Origin: Candidatus Dasytiphilus stammeri
GTDB taxonomy: Bacteria; Pseudomonadota; Gammaproteobacteria; Enterobacterales; Enterobacteriaceae
Reading direction: 5' to 3'
DNA length: 64,000 nucleotides
NCBI GenBank assembly: GCA_041945105.1
Contig: CP145880.1
Location: forward strand, 378,982-442,981
Shown piece after piece: positions 1-11,602 of the stretch. Positions within the stretch are counted from its first letter, which is position 1; every line of letters begins with the position of its first letter. The position numbers and the translations under genes were made by a program. Below the pieces are notes generated by a model that worked only from the letters and a program-made list of their open reading frames with translations, was not told the origin of the DNA and searched no databases.

Positions 1-1
1 A

Positions 2-451
2 ATTGAACAATTGATAGTAATTGACATAGCTCCTGTAGTTTATAAAATAAGAGAATCATATGCAGCAAACATTTTTAGGGCTCTTAATGCAGTAAATGAT
101 GCTAATATCACTTCACGTCAACATGCGGCTGATTTGATGAGACAATATATTAATGAACATTATATTATTAATTTTCTATTAAAATCTTTTTCGTATGGTA
201 ACTGGCGTTTTAATATGCCATGCATTCAGAAACGATATAAAGAAATACTAGATTGGCAGATAGTACCTTCATGGCCACATCCGGCATTATTTATTCGGGG
301 GGAATATTCCCACTACCTGAATGAGGTATATTATAATGCTGTGCTCAACCAATTTCCCAAAGCCCATATTCATATAATTGCGGGTTCAGGACATTGGGTA
401 CATTTTGATAAATTTTATCAGGTATTAAGTATTATTCGACAGTTTATTTGA
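2..451 (+). CDS. ybfF: Esterase YbfF (alpha/beta hydrolase), C-terminal part; the 5' end lies outside the window
   Basis: The open frame runs from the window edge. IDIAPV, FLLKSF..GNWRFN and AGSGHWVH align by eye with E. coli YbfF. ybfF sits next to fldA as in E. coli. Confidence 0.8.
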   Translation: MEQLIVIDIAPVVYKIRESYAANIFRALNAVNDANITSRQHAADLMRQYINEHYIINFLLKSFSYGNWRFNMPCIQKRYKEILDWQIVPSWPHPALFIRGEYSHYLNEVYYNAVLNQFPKAHIHIIAGSGHWVHFDKFYQVLSIIRQFI

Positions 452-493
452 ACATAATTACCTATGATTATATTTAAAAAGAGGAATTAACAT

Positions 494-1021
494 ATGCAAA
501 AAAGCACACAAATTGGAATTTTTTTTGGAACTGATACTGGTAATACAGAAAAAATAGCAAAAATGATTCAAAAACAGCTAGGGGGTGAAAACATTGCTAA
601 AATTCATGATATTGCTAATAGCAGTAAAGAAGATCTAGAGAAATTTCAAATATTATTATTAGGTATCCCTACTTGGTATTATGGTGAAGCTCAATGTGAT
701 TGGGATGATTTTTTTCCAACCTTAGAAACGATTAGTTTTGAGAATAAATGCGTTGCAATCTTTGGTTGTGGAGATCAGGAAGATTATTCAGAATACTTCT
801 GCGATGCTATGGGAACTGTACGAGATATTGTTCAAAGAAAGGGAGCCAAACTGATAGGACACTGGCCAACTATAGGATATAATTTTCATTCAACTAAAAG
901 CTTGATTAATAATCAGTATTTTATTGGTCTTGCTATTGATGAAGACCGTCAACCAGAATTAACTAATGAGCGGGTGGAAAAATGGGTTATGCAAATCTCT
1001 AAAGAATTACATGTTTCATAG
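494..1021 (+). CDS. fldA: Flavodoxin 1
   Basis: 175 aa. It has the [15 protein letters not shown] loop. The run [22 protein letters not shown] is near-identical to E. coli FldA. Confidence 0.95.
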   Translation: MQKSTQIGIFFGTDTGNTEKIAKMIQKQLGGENIAKIHDIANSSKEDLEKFQILLLGIPTWYYGEAQCDWDDFFPTLETISFENKCVAIFGCGDQEDYSEYFCDAMGTVRDIVQRKGAKLIGHWPTIGYNFHSTKSLINNQYFIGLAIDEDRQPELTNERVEKWVMQISKELHVS

Positions 1022-1073
1022 ATATCTAAAGGAGATTAATAAGTAGATTATCCAGATATGGTGAGGATTAAAA

Positions 1074-2744
1074 TTACTGTTTTTTCCAAATATCTCGTAA
1101 CTTAACAATAAGATTAAATACAAGATTCTTCGAAGAAGATTGACTATCAATAGAAAAGTATCCTTCTCGTTCGAATTGATAATGATTATAATTTGCTTGC
1201 ATGATACCGACCTCAATAAAACCCTGGAAAATCAGCAGAGAATGAGGGTTAATTTTTGATAAAAAATCCTCAGTGGCATCAGGATTAGGAATATTAAATA
1301 ATCGGTCATAAATACGAAACTCTGCTGGTAAACAATGTAAAGCAGAAACCCAATGAATAATTCCTAGTTTGTTTTGAATATCAGTAGAAGTAGATGTGTA
1401 TGGTTGATGCTTATTTATCTCACCAGTACAGTAAACACAAAGAATATTATTATTTCTATCTTTGATAAGACGTTCAGCTGTTATTACCAAAGCATTTCTC
1501 AACCTGGCTTTCCCTCCTAAAACTAACCTTTTATATTGAGAATTAGTGGTTACTTCACAAAAATCATTCTGATCTATATATATTTCACGATTAAAAGGTA
1601 CCTTTCTGTAACCCATTTCAGGCCTATTGGGATGGTTCCTCATTGTCAGCATTTCTGTATAATCCAAAGGAAGATTCTCTAACACTATTTTTAATGGTCT
1701 CAAAACTGCCATAGTACGTGGGGCATTTTTATTTAAATCTTCACGTATGCATGCTTCTAATAAATCCATTTGAACTAAGCTATCCTTTTTAGTCACTCCA
1801 ATACGACGACAAAATTCTATAATTGAGGATGGAGTGTAACCCCGACGACGTAATCCAGAAATGGTTAATAATCGAGGATCATCCCACCCGTCAACAATCT
1901 TTTTAAATACCAACATCTTCATCTTACGTTTTGAAATCACAGCACTTTCCAAATTTAATCGAGAAAATTCATATTGTTTTGGTCTGGGATGACAGCGAAT
2001 ACTAATATTATTTAATATCCAGTCATATAACTGTCTGTTATCTTGAAATTCAAGTGTACATAAAGAGTGTGTAATTCCCTCAAGAGCATCTGAAATACAA
2101 TGACTAAAATCATACATAGGATAAATACACCATGTTTTACCAGTTTGGTGATGATAAGCAAATTTTATTCGATATAAGACTGGATCACGCATGATAATAA
2201 CATTCGAATTCATATCAATTTTTGCACGTAGACATGCAGCTCCTTCTGTAAATTCTCCATCACGCATTTTTTCAAATAGTTGCTTGTTGCATTTTATACT
2301 ACGCGTACGATAAGGGCTATCTTTTCCAGGTGTAGTCAAAGTTCCTCTATATTCACGAATTTGGGTATAAGTTAATTCATCAACATAAGCTAATCCTTTA
2401 TTAATTAGTTCAACTGCATAATTATATAACTGCTCGAAATAATTAGACGAAAACCGTACTTTTCCACTCCACTGATAACCCAGCCATTGCACATCTCTTT
2501 TAATAGATTCTACATATTCTTGATTCTCTTTCACAGGGTTAGTGTCATCTAAACGAAGATAGCATTCTCCTTGATAATCTCTTGCTAATTCAAAATTAAG
2601 ACAGATGGATTTAGCATGTCCAATATGTAAATAACCATTAGGTTCAGGGGGAAACCGAGTCCGTATTATTTGAGATTTTCCCTGTTCTAAGTCTTGCTTT
2701 ACTATTTGCCTAATAAAATTACTAGTCAATGTTCTTTTCTTCAT
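1074..2744 (-). CDS. glnS: Glutaminyl-tRNA synthetase
   Basis: The ORF 1074..2813 is trimmed to the Met at 2744 ([13 protein letters not shown]..), which matches the E. coli GlnS N-terminus. It has [17 protein letters not shown] (HIGH) and a VISKRK (KMSKS-like) motif. Confidence 0.95.
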   Translation of the reverse strand: MKKRTLTSNFIRQIVKQDLEQGKSQIIRTRFPPEPNGYLHIGHAKSICLNFELARDYQGECYLRLDDTNPVKENQEYVESIKRDVQWLGYQWSGKVRFSSNYFEQLYNYAVELINKGLAYVDELTYTQIREYRGTLTTPGKDSPYRTRSIKCNKQLFEKMRDGEFTEGAACLRAKIDMNSNVIIMRDPVLYRIKFAYHHQTGKTWCIYPMYDFSHCISDALEGITHSLCTLEFQDNRQLYDWILNNISIRCHPRPKQYEFSRLNLESAVISKRKMKMLVFKKIVDGWDDPRLLTISGLRRRGYTPSSIIEFCRRIGVTKKDSLVQMDLLEACIREDLNKNAPRTMAVLRPLKIVLENLPLDYTEMLTMRNHPNRPEMGYRKVPFNREIYIDQNDFCEVTTNSQYKRLVLGGKARLRNALVITAERLIKDRNNNILCVYCTGEINKHQPYTSTSTDIQNKLGIIHWVSALHCLPAEFRIYDRLFNIPNPDATEDFLSKINPHSLLIFQGFIEVGIMQANYNHYQFEREGYFSIDSQSSSKNLVFNLIVKLRDIWKKQ

Positions 2745-2788
2745 TATAGAAATCACCACTAAAAAATCCCAAATATTAATAAAAATTC

Positions 2789-2818
2789 TTGACGCTAATA
2801 TGATTAGTTGCACATAAT
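2789..2818 (+). promoter_or_regulatory. Candidate sigma70 promoter for the tRNA Met-Leu-Gln operon
   Basis: TTGACG (2789-2794), an 18-nt spacer, then CATAAT (2813-2818), about 44 nt upstream of tRNA-Met. AT-rich background makes -10-like hexamers common. Confidence 0.4.
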
Positions 2819-2861
2819 GAATGCATTATATCAAAAAATCAAATATAATAAAATGTTAGTT

Positions 2862-2935
2862 GGCTACGTAGCTCAGTTGGTTAGAGCACAGCACTCATAA
2901 TGCTGGGGTCACAGGTTCAATTCCCGTCGTAGCCA
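2862..2935 (+). tRNA. metT: tRNA-Met (CAU), elongator type
   Basis: Cloverleaf with acceptor GGCTACG/CGTAGCC and anticodon loop CTCATAA. Near-identical to E. coli elongator tRNA-Met. The 3' CCA is not encoded (followed by CTA). Confidence 0.9.
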
Positions 2936-2967
2936 CTACTGTCGTTTATTTGATTGATTATATTTTT

Positions 2968-3055
2968 GCGGAAGTGGCGGAATTGGTAGACGCACCAGAT
3001 TTAGGGTCTGGCACATAAATAAAGTATGCGAGTTCAAATCTCGCCTTCCGCACCA
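2968..3055 (+). tRNA. leuW: tRNA-Leu (UAG), class II with long variable arm
   Basis: Acceptor GCGGAAG/CTTCCGC, anticodon stem CCAGA/TCTGG, loop TTTAGGG. CCA is encoded. Same operon order as E. coli metT-leuW-glnU. Confidence 0.9.
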
Positions 3056-3085
3056 AACAATGAATTTACTTAAATAAAGATGGGA

Positions 3086-3157
3086 TGGGGTATAGCCAAG
3101 CGGTAAGGCACCGGGTTTTGATCCCGGCATTCCCAGGTTCGAATCCTGGTACCCCAG
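3086..3157 (+). tRNA. glnU: tRNA-Gln (UUG)
   Basis: TGGGGTA..TACCCCA acceptor, anticodon loop TTTTGAT. Close to E. coli tRNA-Gln(UUG). CCA is not encoded (followed by CAT). Confidence 0.9.
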
Positions 3158-3203
3158 CATCATTATTTATTATTATTTTTATAAATTAATAGTAGTAATA
3201 AGA

Positions 3204-4547
3204 ATGACAAAAAAATTACATATTAAAACTTGGGGCTGTCAGATGAATGAATATGATTCATCTAAGATTATAACTTTACTTCACAAGACCCATGGTTGCT
3301 CACTTACTCCCCTCGCCGAAGACGCAGATATTTTATTATTAAATACTTGTTCTATACGTGAAAAAGCCCAAGAAAAAGTTTTTCATCAATTAGGAAGATG
3401 GAAAGTCTTAAAAACAAAGAATCCCCAACTCATTATAGGAGTTGGCGGTTGTGTGGCTGCAAAAGAAGGAAAACAAATTCTTAATCGCGCTAGTTATGTT
3501 GATATTATCTTTGGACCACAAACGATACATTATTTACCCAAGATGATTAATAGTGTCATTAATTCACATAACCCGATTGTAGATGTAACTTTTCCTGATA
3601 ATAAATTTGATTACTTCTTATCTAATCATATAATGACAACCAATACCGGTCCTACTGCTAATATTTCTATTATGGAAGGATGTAATAAATTTTGTTCTTT
3701 CTGTGTAGTACCATATACACGTGGTAAAGAAATCAGTCGTTCATGTAGCGATATTCTATTAGAAATATCTAATCTAGCAAAACAAGGAGTGCGAGAAGTT
3801 AATTTATTAGGACAAAATGTTAATGCATATTGTAGTATATGGAAAAATAAACGCTGCTCATTTTCTGATCTCTTACGTATTGTAGCATCTATTGATGGAA
3901 TAGATCGGATTCGATTTATTACTAGCCACCCTAGACATTTCACGGATGATATTATTGAAGCTTATAGTTATCTTCCAAAATTAGTCAGTTTATTACATTT
4001 ACCCGTACAAAGTGGCTCAAATCGTATCCTTAAGTTAATGAGGAGAGGATATACATCCTCACAATACAAAAAAATTATTCATAAATTACGGGCTGTACGT
4101 CCTGATATTACAATTAGTTCAGATTTTATTGTTGGTTTTCCTGGTGAAACCCCGGAAGATTTCGAGTCTACCATGCAACTAATCAGAGATATTGATTTCG
4201 ATATTAGTTTTAGTTTTATTTATTCTCCTCGACCTGGAACTCCAGCTGCTACTTTTGCTCTGAACGATAAGACTACTGAAAAAGAAAAAAAAGATCGATT
4301 ATATTTATTACAAGCACTTCTTAATCAGCAAGCTATGTCTTGGAGTCGACGTATGTTAGGTACGGTGCAACGAATTCTTGTGGATGGATTTTCACAGAAA
4401 AATATTTTAGAAATCTCAGGGAGAACAGAAAATAATCGTGTAGTAAATTTTCAGGGTTCTCCAGAACTCATAGGGAAATTTGTTCAAGTAAAAATTACTG
4501 AAGTTTGTCCAAATTCTCTCAGGGGTTCTCTGACTGAGAGACACTAA
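3204..4547 (+). CDS. miaB: tRNA-2-methylthio-N6-dimethylallyladenosine synthase (radical SAM methylthiotransferase)
   Basis: The N-terminus [21 protein letters not shown] is identical to E. coli MiaB. It has the radical-[11 protein letters not shown] motif and a TRAM-like C-terminus. Confidence 0.95.
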   Translation: MTKKLHIKTWGCQMNEYDSSKIITLLHKTHGCSLTPLAEDADILLLNTCSIREKAQEKVFHQLGRWKVLKTKNPQLIIGVGGCVAAKEGKQILNRASYVDIIFGPQTIHYLPKMINSVINSHNPIVDVTFPDNKFDYFLSNHIMTTNTGPTANISIMEGCNKFCSFCVVPYTRGKEISRSCSDILLEISNLAKQGVREVNLLGQNVNAYCSIWKNKRCSFSDLLRIVASIDGIDRIRFITSHPRHFTDDIIEAYSYLPKLVSLLHLPVQSGSNRILKLMRRGYTSSQYKKIIHKLRAVRPDITISSDFIVGFPGETPEDFESTMQLIRDIDFDISFSFIYSPRPGTPAATFALNDKTTEKEKKDRLYLLQALLNQQAMSWSRRMLGTVQRILVDGFSQKNILEISGRTENNRVVNFQGSPELIGKFVQVKITEVCPNSLRGSLTERH

Positions 4548-4590
4548 AAAGATTCTGTTGTCGAATAACTTAGTATAAGATTAGAATTCG

Positions 4591-5067
4591 ATGAGCTTGA
4601 TAAACTTTGAGCTACAAATAGTTTCTAAACCAAGCCTTTTTCTTCCAAAAAAAGCGGATTTCCAGAAATGGTTAGAAGCAGTTTTATTTCTATCTCCTGG
4701 TAAAGAAGAAATTACAATTCGTTTAGTAGATAAACTTGAGAGCCAGATCTTAAATTTTCGTTATCGAAATAAGAATCAACCGACTAATATATTATCTTTC
4801 AGTTTTAATCAACCTTTTTTAAAGAAACCACCTACAGAGTATTTACTTGGAGACCTTGTCATCTGTGGTTCTCTTATAGAAGAAGAAGCACGAGAACAAC
4901 AAAAAATCCTTAGATCACATTGGGCTCATATAGTTATTCACGGTACTTTACATTTGTTAGGATATGATCATTCTTGTGATAATGACGCAAAAAAAATGCA
5001 GTTAATAGAAACTAAAATCATGTTGGATTTGGGATATTTAAATCCGTATATGTTAGATAACATTTGA
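4591..5067 (+). CDS. ybeY: Endoribonuclease YbeY (16S rRNA maturation)
   Basis: 158 aa with the HGTLHLLGYDH zinc-binding motif. It follows miaB as in E. coli, except that ybeZ is missing. Confidence 0.9.
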   Translation: MSLINFELQIVSKPSLFLPKKADFQKWLEAVLFLSPGKEEITIRLVDKLESQILNFRYRNKNQPTNILSFSFNQPFLKKPPTEYLLGDLVICGSLIEEEAREQQKILRSHWAHIVIHGTLHLLGYDHSCDNDAKKMQLIETKIMLDLGYLNPYMLDNI

Positions 5068-5111
5068 CTATCTATGTTCAATAGAATCATAAGGATTAGA
5101 TTATAATTATT

Positions 5112-7643
5112 ATGCAAGATCAATATAGACCGCAAGAAATAGAAACGTATGTTCAAAATTATTGGAAAATTAATAAAACTTTTTATACGACAGAAATAGA
5201 AGGTAAGGAAAAATACTATTGTTTATCGATGTTACCATATCCATCTGGTAGTTTACACATGGGTCATGTTCGTAATTATACCATTGGTGATGTCATTGCT
5301 AGATATCAGAGAATGTTAGGAAAAAATGTACTATATCCTATAGGTTGGGATGCATTTGGTTTACCAGCAGAAAATGCGGCTATAAAAAATCGCACGGCTC
5401 CTGCATATTGGACTTATAGCAATATTCATTATATGAAAAAACAGCTTCAATCATTAGGATTTAGCTATGATTGGAGTAGAGAGTTAATAACATGTCATCC
5501 CGAATATTATCGTTGGGAACAGTGGTTTTTTATTCAGTTATATAAAAAAGGACTAGCATATAGACAGTATTCAATAGTGAATTGGTGTCCTAAAGATCAA
5601 ACTGTATTAGCAAATGAGCAAGTAGTAAATGGATGTTGTTGGCGTTGTGATACCCCATTGGAAACCAGAAAAATTGCTCAATGGTTTATCCGAATAACTG
5701 CATATGCAGATGAACTACTTCATGGATTAAACCAACTTAAATATTGGCCTGAAAAAGTTAAAACTATGCAACGTAATTGGATTGGATATTCAGAAGGAAT
5801 AGAAATCACCTTTTCTGTGATTGGATCCAAAAACACCATTACTCTATATACTAGCCAACCCGAGACTATTATGCGTACAACTTGTATTGGTATTGCTATA
5901 AATCATCCTCTAGCTATGGAAGCTGCAAATAATAACCCAATTTACACCCTTTTTAGGAAAAAATATTGCAAACTTCAAGTTGCTGAAGCAGAACTGGCAA
6001 ATTTAGAAAAATTAGGAATAGCTATAGGACTCTTTGCTATTCATCCGATTACTAATAAATGCTTACCAATTTGGATTGTGAATTTTATATATGGAACTGA
6101 TGGTATTATGATAACTACTAATCCGCAGGATTGGAATTTTGCTACTAAATATAATTTAAATCTGCCAATTAAAAAAGTCACGCTTAATGATACCTCAACC
6201 AGTGGTATGTCTACTCCTAAAGCAGTGTGCAATGAGGAAATTATTCAAATTCTTATAGATAAAGGTGTAGGTAAACGTAAACAAAACTATCATTTGCGTG
6301 ATTGGGGAGTTTCTCGTCAGCGTTATTGGGGTACTCCCATTCCTATGATTATACGGGATACGCAATATTTTCCAGTGGCGGAAAAAGATCTACCCATAAT
6401 TCTACCAGAAGATAGAATTCTAGATGGTGTAACCAATCCACTAAAAACTGACAAAGAATGGAGAAACCTAATTATTCAAGGTGAACCCGCACAAAGAGAA
6501 ACCGATACTTTTGATACTTTTATGGAATCTTCTTGGTATTATGCACGTTATACCTGTCCTCATTATTCTCAAGGAATGTTAGATCCAGCTGCTACCAATT
6601 ATTGGTTACCTATAGATCAGTATATAGGTGGAATTGAGCATGCTATCATGCACTTAATGTATTTTCGCTTCTATCATAAATTACTTCGTGATGCTGGTTT
6701 AGTTAATACTGATGAACCAGCTCAACGTTTATTATGCCAAGGAATGGTACTAGCAGATACTTTTTATTATCTTAAAAAAACAGGAGAACGCCAATGGATT
6801 TCTCCTGTGAATGTGAATCTTATACGTGATAAAATGGGCAACATTATACAAGCTACAGATAATATAGGAAGAAAATTAGTTTATGCGGGTGTCAGTAAAA
6901 TGTCCAAATCAAAAAATAATGGTATTGATCCAAATAAAATGATTGAACAATATGGTGCGGATACGGTACGTTTATTTTTAATGTTTGCTGCTCCTGCAGA
7001 AATGCCAATTTATTGGAGTGAATCAGGTATAGAAGGGTGTTATCGTTTTTTGAAACGGGTTTGGACTTTAGTATATAATCATATTAACCCACGATTAACT
7101 AATTCGGTTATTAATAACACCAAATTAGTAGATGAACAACCAAAATCTTTACGTTATGAACTACATAAAACTATTGCTAAAGTAACTTATGATATTGATC
7201 AAAGACAAACTTTCAATACAGCTATTGCTGCTATAATGGAATTAACAAATAAGCTAAATAGAGTAAAACCTCAAAATAGCGAACAAGATAGATCTATATT
7301 ACAAGAAGCCATAAGAGCTATTGTATTAATGTTATATCCTTTCACACCACATATTTGTTTTGTATTATGGCAAGCAATACATGGAGAAGATGCAATTATT
7401 GATAATGTAAGATGGCCACAAGTAGATAAACAAGCATTAGTAAAAACAGACATGTGGATTATAGTTCAAATCAATGGCAGAGTACGTAGTAAGATCTTAG
7501 TATCGAACAACGCAAACAAGCAACAAATACAGCAAATAGCTATACAAGATTCGCGAGTATCTAAATTTATCAAACGTAAAGGATTGAGTTTACATCGAAC
7601 TATTTATGTTACAAATAAGTTAATAAATTTGATCCTAAAATAG
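5112..7643 (+). CDS. leuS: Leucyl-tRNA synthetase
   Basis: 843 aa. [11 protein letters not shown] start, [15 protein letters not shown] (HIGH) and [10 protein letters not shown] (KMSKS). Confidence 0.97.
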   Translation: MQDQYRPQEIETYVQNYWKINKTFYTTEIEGKEKYYCLSMLPYPSGSLHMGHVRNYTIGDVIARYQRMLGKNVLYPIGWDAFGLPAENAAIKNRTAPAYWTYSNIHYMKKQLQSLGFSYDWSRELITCHPEYYRWEQWFFIQLYKKGLAYRQYSIVNWCPKDQTVLANEQVVNGCCWRCDTPLETRKIAQWFIRITAYADELLHGLNQLKYWPEKVKTMQRNWIGYSEGIEITFSVIGSKNTITLYTSQPETIMRTTCIGIAINHPLAMEAANNNPIYTLFRKKYCKLQVAEAELANLEKLGIAIGLFAIHPITNKCLPIWIVNFIYGTDGIMITTNPQDWNFATKYNLNLPIKKVTLNDTSTSGMSTPKAVCNEEIIQILIDKGVGKRKQNYHLRDWGVSRQRYWGTPIPMIIRDTQYFPVAEKDLPIILPEDRILDGVTNPLKTDKEWRNLIIQGEPAQRETDTFDTFMESSWYYARYTCPHYSQGMLDPAATNYWLPIDQYIGGIEHAIMHLMYFRFYHKLLRDAGLVNTDEPAQRLLCQGMVLADTFYYLKKTGERQWISPVNVNLIRDKMGNIIQATDNIGRKLVYAGVSKMSKSKNNGIDPNKMIEQYGADTVRLFLMFAAPAEMPIYWSESGIEGCYRFLKRVWTLVYNHINPRLTNSVINNTKLVDEQPKSLRYELHKTIAKVTYDIDQRQTFNTAIAAIMELTNKLNRVKPQNSEQDRSILQEAIRAIVLMLYPFTPHICFVLWQAIHGEDAIIDNVRWPQVDKQALVKTDMWIIVQINGRVRSKILVSNNANKQQIQQIAIQDSRVSKFIKRKGLSLHRTIYVTNKLINLILK

Positions 7644-7655
7644 TATGGTAAAGTA

Positions 7656-8648
7656 ATGATAAGAGTTTATTCGGAACAACTTGACTTATATCTAGAAAAA
7701 AATCAATTCCGTTATAGGTGCTATATTTTAGCAGGAAAAGATCCTTTGTTATTAAAAGAAAGTGAAGAAATTATACGTAAACATGCTCGTAAATTAGGTT
7801 TGTATGAATACTATAAGGTGATTTTAAACCTAAAAAGTGATTGGAATGAGTTATTAAATAATTTTAAAAAGCAAAGTTTATTTGCTACCCGAAGTATTTT
7901 AAGATTAATATTATCTGATAAATCAGATCATACTTTATGGAAAGAAAAATTATTTTCTCTAATAGAATTAGTGCATTTACATCTTAATATAATACTAATT
8001 ATAGTAACAAAAACCAGTTTTTGGTTGGATTTGAAATCCAGTGTACTTGTTTATTGTAGCACACCAGACGTTTCTCAATTACCAAGATGGATTTGTAAAA
8101 GAGCAGAAAAAATGGGATTAAAAATAGAAAAAAATGCTCTGAACTGGATTTCATATAACTATGAGAGAAATTTATTAGCCTTAGTTCAAATTCTAGAAAT
8201 CTTAGCTTTATTTTTACCTGATGGTATTGTAACACTTACTAAAATAGTAAATATTGTAAATGATATGGCTCATTTTGAAAATATTCACTGGATAGAAGCT
8301 GTATTAACAGGAAATTGTGATCGGGCTTTTCATATTATTCATCAATTACGTAAACAAGGAAATGAAATTTCTTCCTTGTGTTATATTTTGCAACATCATT
8401 TAATGACCCTACTACAACTCAAAATGAGTACCATACCCCTACCAGTTCTATTTGATCAGTACCGAATTATATATAGACGTCAGCTATTATTTAATAAAGC
8501 TTTACAGAGGTTAAATATATACCAGATTCAAAAATCTATTGGTTTATTGGCAGAAATTGAAGTATCTCTAAAAGAATCTCATAAACAGATTCCATTATTA
8601 TGGATTAGATTAGAAAATCTATCATTATTATTAAGTTGTCCTGAATGA
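7656..8648 (+). CDS. holA: DNA polymerase III delta subunit
   Basis: MIRVYSEQL..GKDPLLLKESEE aligns by eye with E. coli HolA MIRLYPEQL..GNDPLLLQESQD. It lies downstream of leuS as in E. coli. Confidence 0.8.
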   Translation: MIRVYSEQLDLYLEKNQFRYRCYILAGKDPLLLKESEEIIRKHARKLGLYEYYKVILNLKSDWNELLNNFKKQSLFATRSILRLILSDKSDHTLWKEKLFSLIELVHLHLNIILIIVTKTSFWLDLKSSVLVYCSTPDVSQLPRWICKRAEKMGLKIEKNALNWISYNYERNLLALVQILEILALFLPDGIVTLTKIVNIVNDMAHFENIHWIEAVLTGNCDRAFHIIHQLRKQGNEISSLCYILQHHLMTLLQLKMSTIPLPVLFDQYRIIYRRQLLFNKALQRLNIYQIQKSIGLLAEIEVSLKESHKQIPLLWIRLENLSLLLSCPE

Positions 8649-8660
8649 TTTTATCATTGT

Positions 8661-9269
8661 ATGCAAAAATTTATTATTCGCTATCTCGGGTTACAATCTT
8701 GGATATTAGTTTCTAATGCCATGCATTATTTTACTGAAAAACGTAACTCAAAAACAGCTGATGAATTATGGCTGGTTGAACATTTTCCCATTTTTACTCA
8801 AGGAAAAGCTGAAAAAAATAATGATAAAAGCATTATTGATAAGATTGCTGTATTACAAACTGATCGAGGCGGTAAAATAACGTATCATGGTCCTGGTCAA
8901 TTAATCATTTATATTATGATTGATTTAAAACGTATAAAAATAAGTGTGCGAAAGTTACTAACTATTATAGAACAATCAGTGATTGATACATTAAAATATT
9001 TTAAGATTGAAGGTTATATACGTCCTGATGCACCAGGAGTTTATATAGATGATAAAAAAATCTGTTCACTTGGATTACGTATCCAAAAGGGATGTTCTAT
9101 GCATGGTTTCGCACTGAATATAAATATGGATTTATCACCTTTTCGACTTATCAATCCATGTGGATTGGTGGATCTAAAAATGACACAATTAATTGATTTT
9201 AATCCTGATATTACAGTATTAGAAGTATATCCTATATTAATTAAAAATTTTGTCAGTCATTTTTATTAG
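8661..9269 (+). CDS. lipB: Octanoyltransferase
   Basis: LWLVEHFPIFTQGKA, TDRGGKITYHGPGQ and the KICSLG catalytic-Cys region match LipB. Confidence 0.9.
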   Translation: MQKFIIRYLGLQSWILVSNAMHYFTEKRNSKTADELWLVEHFPIFTQGKAEKNNDKSIIDKIAVLQTDRGGKITYHGPGQLIIYIMIDLKRIKISVRKLLTIIEQSVIDTLKYFKIEGYIRPDAPGVYIDDKKICSLGLRIQKGCSMHGFALNINMDLSPFRLINPCGLVDLKMTQLIDFNPDITVLEVYPILIKNFVSHFY

Positions 9270-9334
9270 TAGAATAATAATTGAAATATTGTATATTGTT
9301 TATATTTTTATAAATACATATAGTAGTAATAATA

Positions 9335-10276
9335 ATGATAGAAAGAAAACACGAGAATCGTAATACGAAAAAAGTCGTATTAAAATCCGAAGATAATAAC
9401 ACTCCTAATCCTAATAAACCCCAATGGTTAAGAATAAAATTACCGACAGATTCTAAACGTTTATTAAGTATAAAAGCATTAATACGTCAAAATGGTTTAC
9501 ATTCAGTTTGCGAAGAAGCTTCTTGTCCTAACCTTACAGAATGTTTTAATCAAGGTAAAATTACTTTTCTCATTTTAGGAGAGATTTGTACGCGACGTTG
9601 CCCATTTTGTAATATAGGACATGGTCGACCATTGCCTGTTAATATATATGAACCCAAAAACTTGGCAAGAACTATCAAGGACATGAAGTTATCTTATGTA
9701 GTTCTTACTTCAGTTGATAGAGATGATTTGCATGATGGTGGAGCTCAACATTTTGTTGAATGCATACGTGCAATAAAACAGAGTAATAGTCAAATTAAAA
9801 TTGAAATTTTAGTCCCGGATTTTAGGGGATGTCAAGATTACGCATTGAAAATTTTTAGTACTATGCCCCCAGATATATTCAATCACAATGTAGAAACTGT
9901 GCCAAAAATGTATGGTAAAATCCGTCCAGGAGCCAATTATACGGGGTCTTTAAAATTACTAAAAGATTTCAAAAAATCTCATCCCAATATACCAACTAAA
10001 TCGGGTATTATGGTAGGGTTAGGTGAAACCTCTTCTGAAATTCTTCAAGTTATGCAAGATTTACGACTGAATGGTGTAACCATGTTAACTATAGGTCAAT
10101 ATTTGCAGCCAAGTCCTCACCATTTTCCGGTAAAACGTTATGTTAGCCCAGATGAATTTTTGTACCTAAAAGAAAAAGCAATCGCCATGGGATTTCAACA
10201 TGCTGCTTGTGGACCATTAGTACGGTCTTCTTATCATGCAGATTTACAAGCTACATACGTAAATAAAAAAAGTTAA
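9335..10276 (+). CDS. lipA: Lipoyl synthase (radical SAM)
   Basis: It has both Cys clusters, [12 protein letters not shown] and CTRRCPFC. It follows lipB. Confidence 0.95.
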   Translation: MIERKHENRNTKKVVLKSEDNNTPNPNKPQWLRIKLPTDSKRLLSIKALIRQNGLHSVCEEASCPNLTECFNQGKITFLILGEICTRRCPFCNIGHGRPLPVNIYEPKNLARTIKDMKLSYVVLTSVDRDDLHDGGAQHFVECIRAIKQSNSQIKIEILVPDFRGCQDYALKIFSTMPPDIFNHNVETVPKMYGKIRPGANYTGSLKLLKDFKKSHPNIPTKSGIMVGLGETSSEILQVMQDLRLNGVTMLTIGQYLQPSPHHFPVKRYVSPDEFLYLKEKAIAMGFQHAACGPLVRSSYHADLQATYVNKKS

Positions 10277-10278
10277 TT

Positions 10279-10306
10279 AAAAACCCGACATGATAGACGG
10301 GTTTTT
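10279..10306. terminator. Bidirectional rho-independent terminator hairpin between convergent lipA and cspE
   Basis: AAAAACCCG..(10-nt loop)..CGGGTTTTT. A GC core is flanked by an A-run and a T-run, so it can act on either strand. Confidence 0.6.
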
Positions 10307-10317
10307 AATCCTGACTG

Positions 10318-10533
10318 TTAACTTACTAGAATAACGTTAGCAGCAGAAGGGCCTTTAGCGCCATTAGTAATTTCAAACTCTACACGCTGTCCTTCAGCCA
10401 GAGTTTTGAATCCATTGCTCTGGATAGCAGAAAAATGAACAAATACATCTTTACTACCATCTTCCGGAGTAATGAAACCGAATCCTTTAGATTCATTAAA
10501 CCATTTAACGTTACCTTTAATCTTGGACATCAA
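10318..10533 (-). CDS. cspE: Cold-shock-domain protein CspE
   Basis: [63 protein letters not shown] is almost identical to E. coli CspE. The true start may be the second Met, at 10530. Confidence 0.9.
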   Translation of the reverse strand: MMSKIKGNVKWFNESKGFGFITPEDGSKDVFVHFSAIQSNGFKTLAEGQRVEFEITNGAKGPSAANVILVS

Positions 10534-10694
10534 TATTACCTTTTAATTTTTAAATAGATAGACATCAACACAGTTATAGTTGCTAAACAACTATTTTGTA
10601 TTTGTTATAGTATATCATGATTCAAACTCTTAAAGATTAATTTTTTTTATCGAAAACTAATTTTTTTAGTGGTTGCATTTTACAGAAATTCGAA

Positions 10695-11015
10695 TTAAGT
10701 CATCATATTATAGTTAAGATTCCACATAATCCATAATGAACCTATCACGAAAATTGCAATTATATTTATACTGAAAATCAAAGAGAATAGATTCCAACGT
10801 TGTTGTATAGAGAAATCTATATGTAGGAAGTATCTTAAATGAACAATTATTTGGAGTATAGCACAAGTAAGTATTACAATTAAAACGGAAGTATAGGGAA
10901 AAAAATTTCTAGTTATTACTAACCAAAAAGGAATAACTGTCAATATTATTGACATAATAAAACCAATTAAGTAGCTTTTTATATGATAATTTTTTAAATT
11001 AGTATGAGTTTTCAT
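10695..11015 (-). CDS. cyoD: Cytochrome bo3 ubiquinol oxidase subunit IV
   Basis: The ORF is trimmed to the Met at 11015 ([31 protein letters not shown]), matching E. coli CyoD. TAATG overlap with the cyoC stop, and AGGAG lies upstream. Confidence 0.85.
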   Translation of the reverse strand: MKTHTNLKNYHIKSYLIGFIMSIILTVIPFWLVITRNFFPYTSVLIVILTCAILQIIVHLRYFLHIDFSIQQRWNLFSLIFSINIIAIFVIGSLWIMWNLNYNMMT

Positions 11016-11602
11016 TATAGAACTCCTAGTAAATATACTATAGTGAATACGCATATCCATATCACATCTAAGAAGTGCCAAAATAAGCTTAAGCATACCA
11101 TTTTAGTGATAATATCCCCAGTAATACCTGTTATAATTATCTGAGACATTAAAACTATCATCCAAATTAAGCCTGCTATCACATGTATTCCATGTGTACC
11201 TACTAACGTAAAAAAACCCGATAAAAATCCGCTGCGATTAGGTCCATAGTTCTCCGTAACTAAATTATGAAATTCATAAAATTCCATTCCTACAAAAATC
11301 CATCCTAAAATAAAAGTTAATAATAACCAAAGAAACACTTCATATTGCTTATTATCATCAAACTTCTGAAGAACCATCATCGCCATACCATAAGTTACTG
11401 AACTAAAAAGTAAAACAGCCGTTTCGACTAATACCAATGGTAGATAAAAAATTTCTCTACCTATAGGACCGTCAGCTGTACCATTCACCATAACTGCATA
11501 AGTAGCAAATAAGGAAGCAAAAAGAATACAATCGCTCATCAAATATATCCAAAAACCAAAAATTTTTTTAGCATCAGGGAGGTTATTAATTTTGATTGAC
11601 AT
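11015..11602 (-). CDS. cyoC: Cytochrome bo3 ubiquinol oxidase subunit III
   Basis: 195-aa polytopic membrane protein with the [15 protein letters not shown] signature of CyoC. Operon position fits. Confidence 0.9.
   Translation of the reverse strand: MSIKINNLPDAKKIFGFWIYLMSDCILFASLFATYAVMVNGTADGPIGREIFYLPLVLVETAVLLFSSVTYGMAMMVLQKFDDNKQYEVFLWLLLTFILGWIFVGMEFYEFHNLVTENYGPNRSGFLSGFFTLVGTHGIHVIAGLIWMIVLMSQIIITGITGDIITKMVCLSLFWHFLDVIWICVFTIVYLLGVL

Noticed and set aside
1022-1073. Inverted repeat ATATCT..AGATAT between convergent fldA and glnS as a terminator
   Set aside because: It has only a 6-bp AT-rich stem with a loop of about 26 nt, and no flanking U-run. It is too weak.
2936-3163. 75-aa minus-strand ORF
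   Set aside because: It lies entirely antisense to the tRNA-Leu and tRNA-Gln genes. It is an artefact of the tRNA sequences being free of stops.
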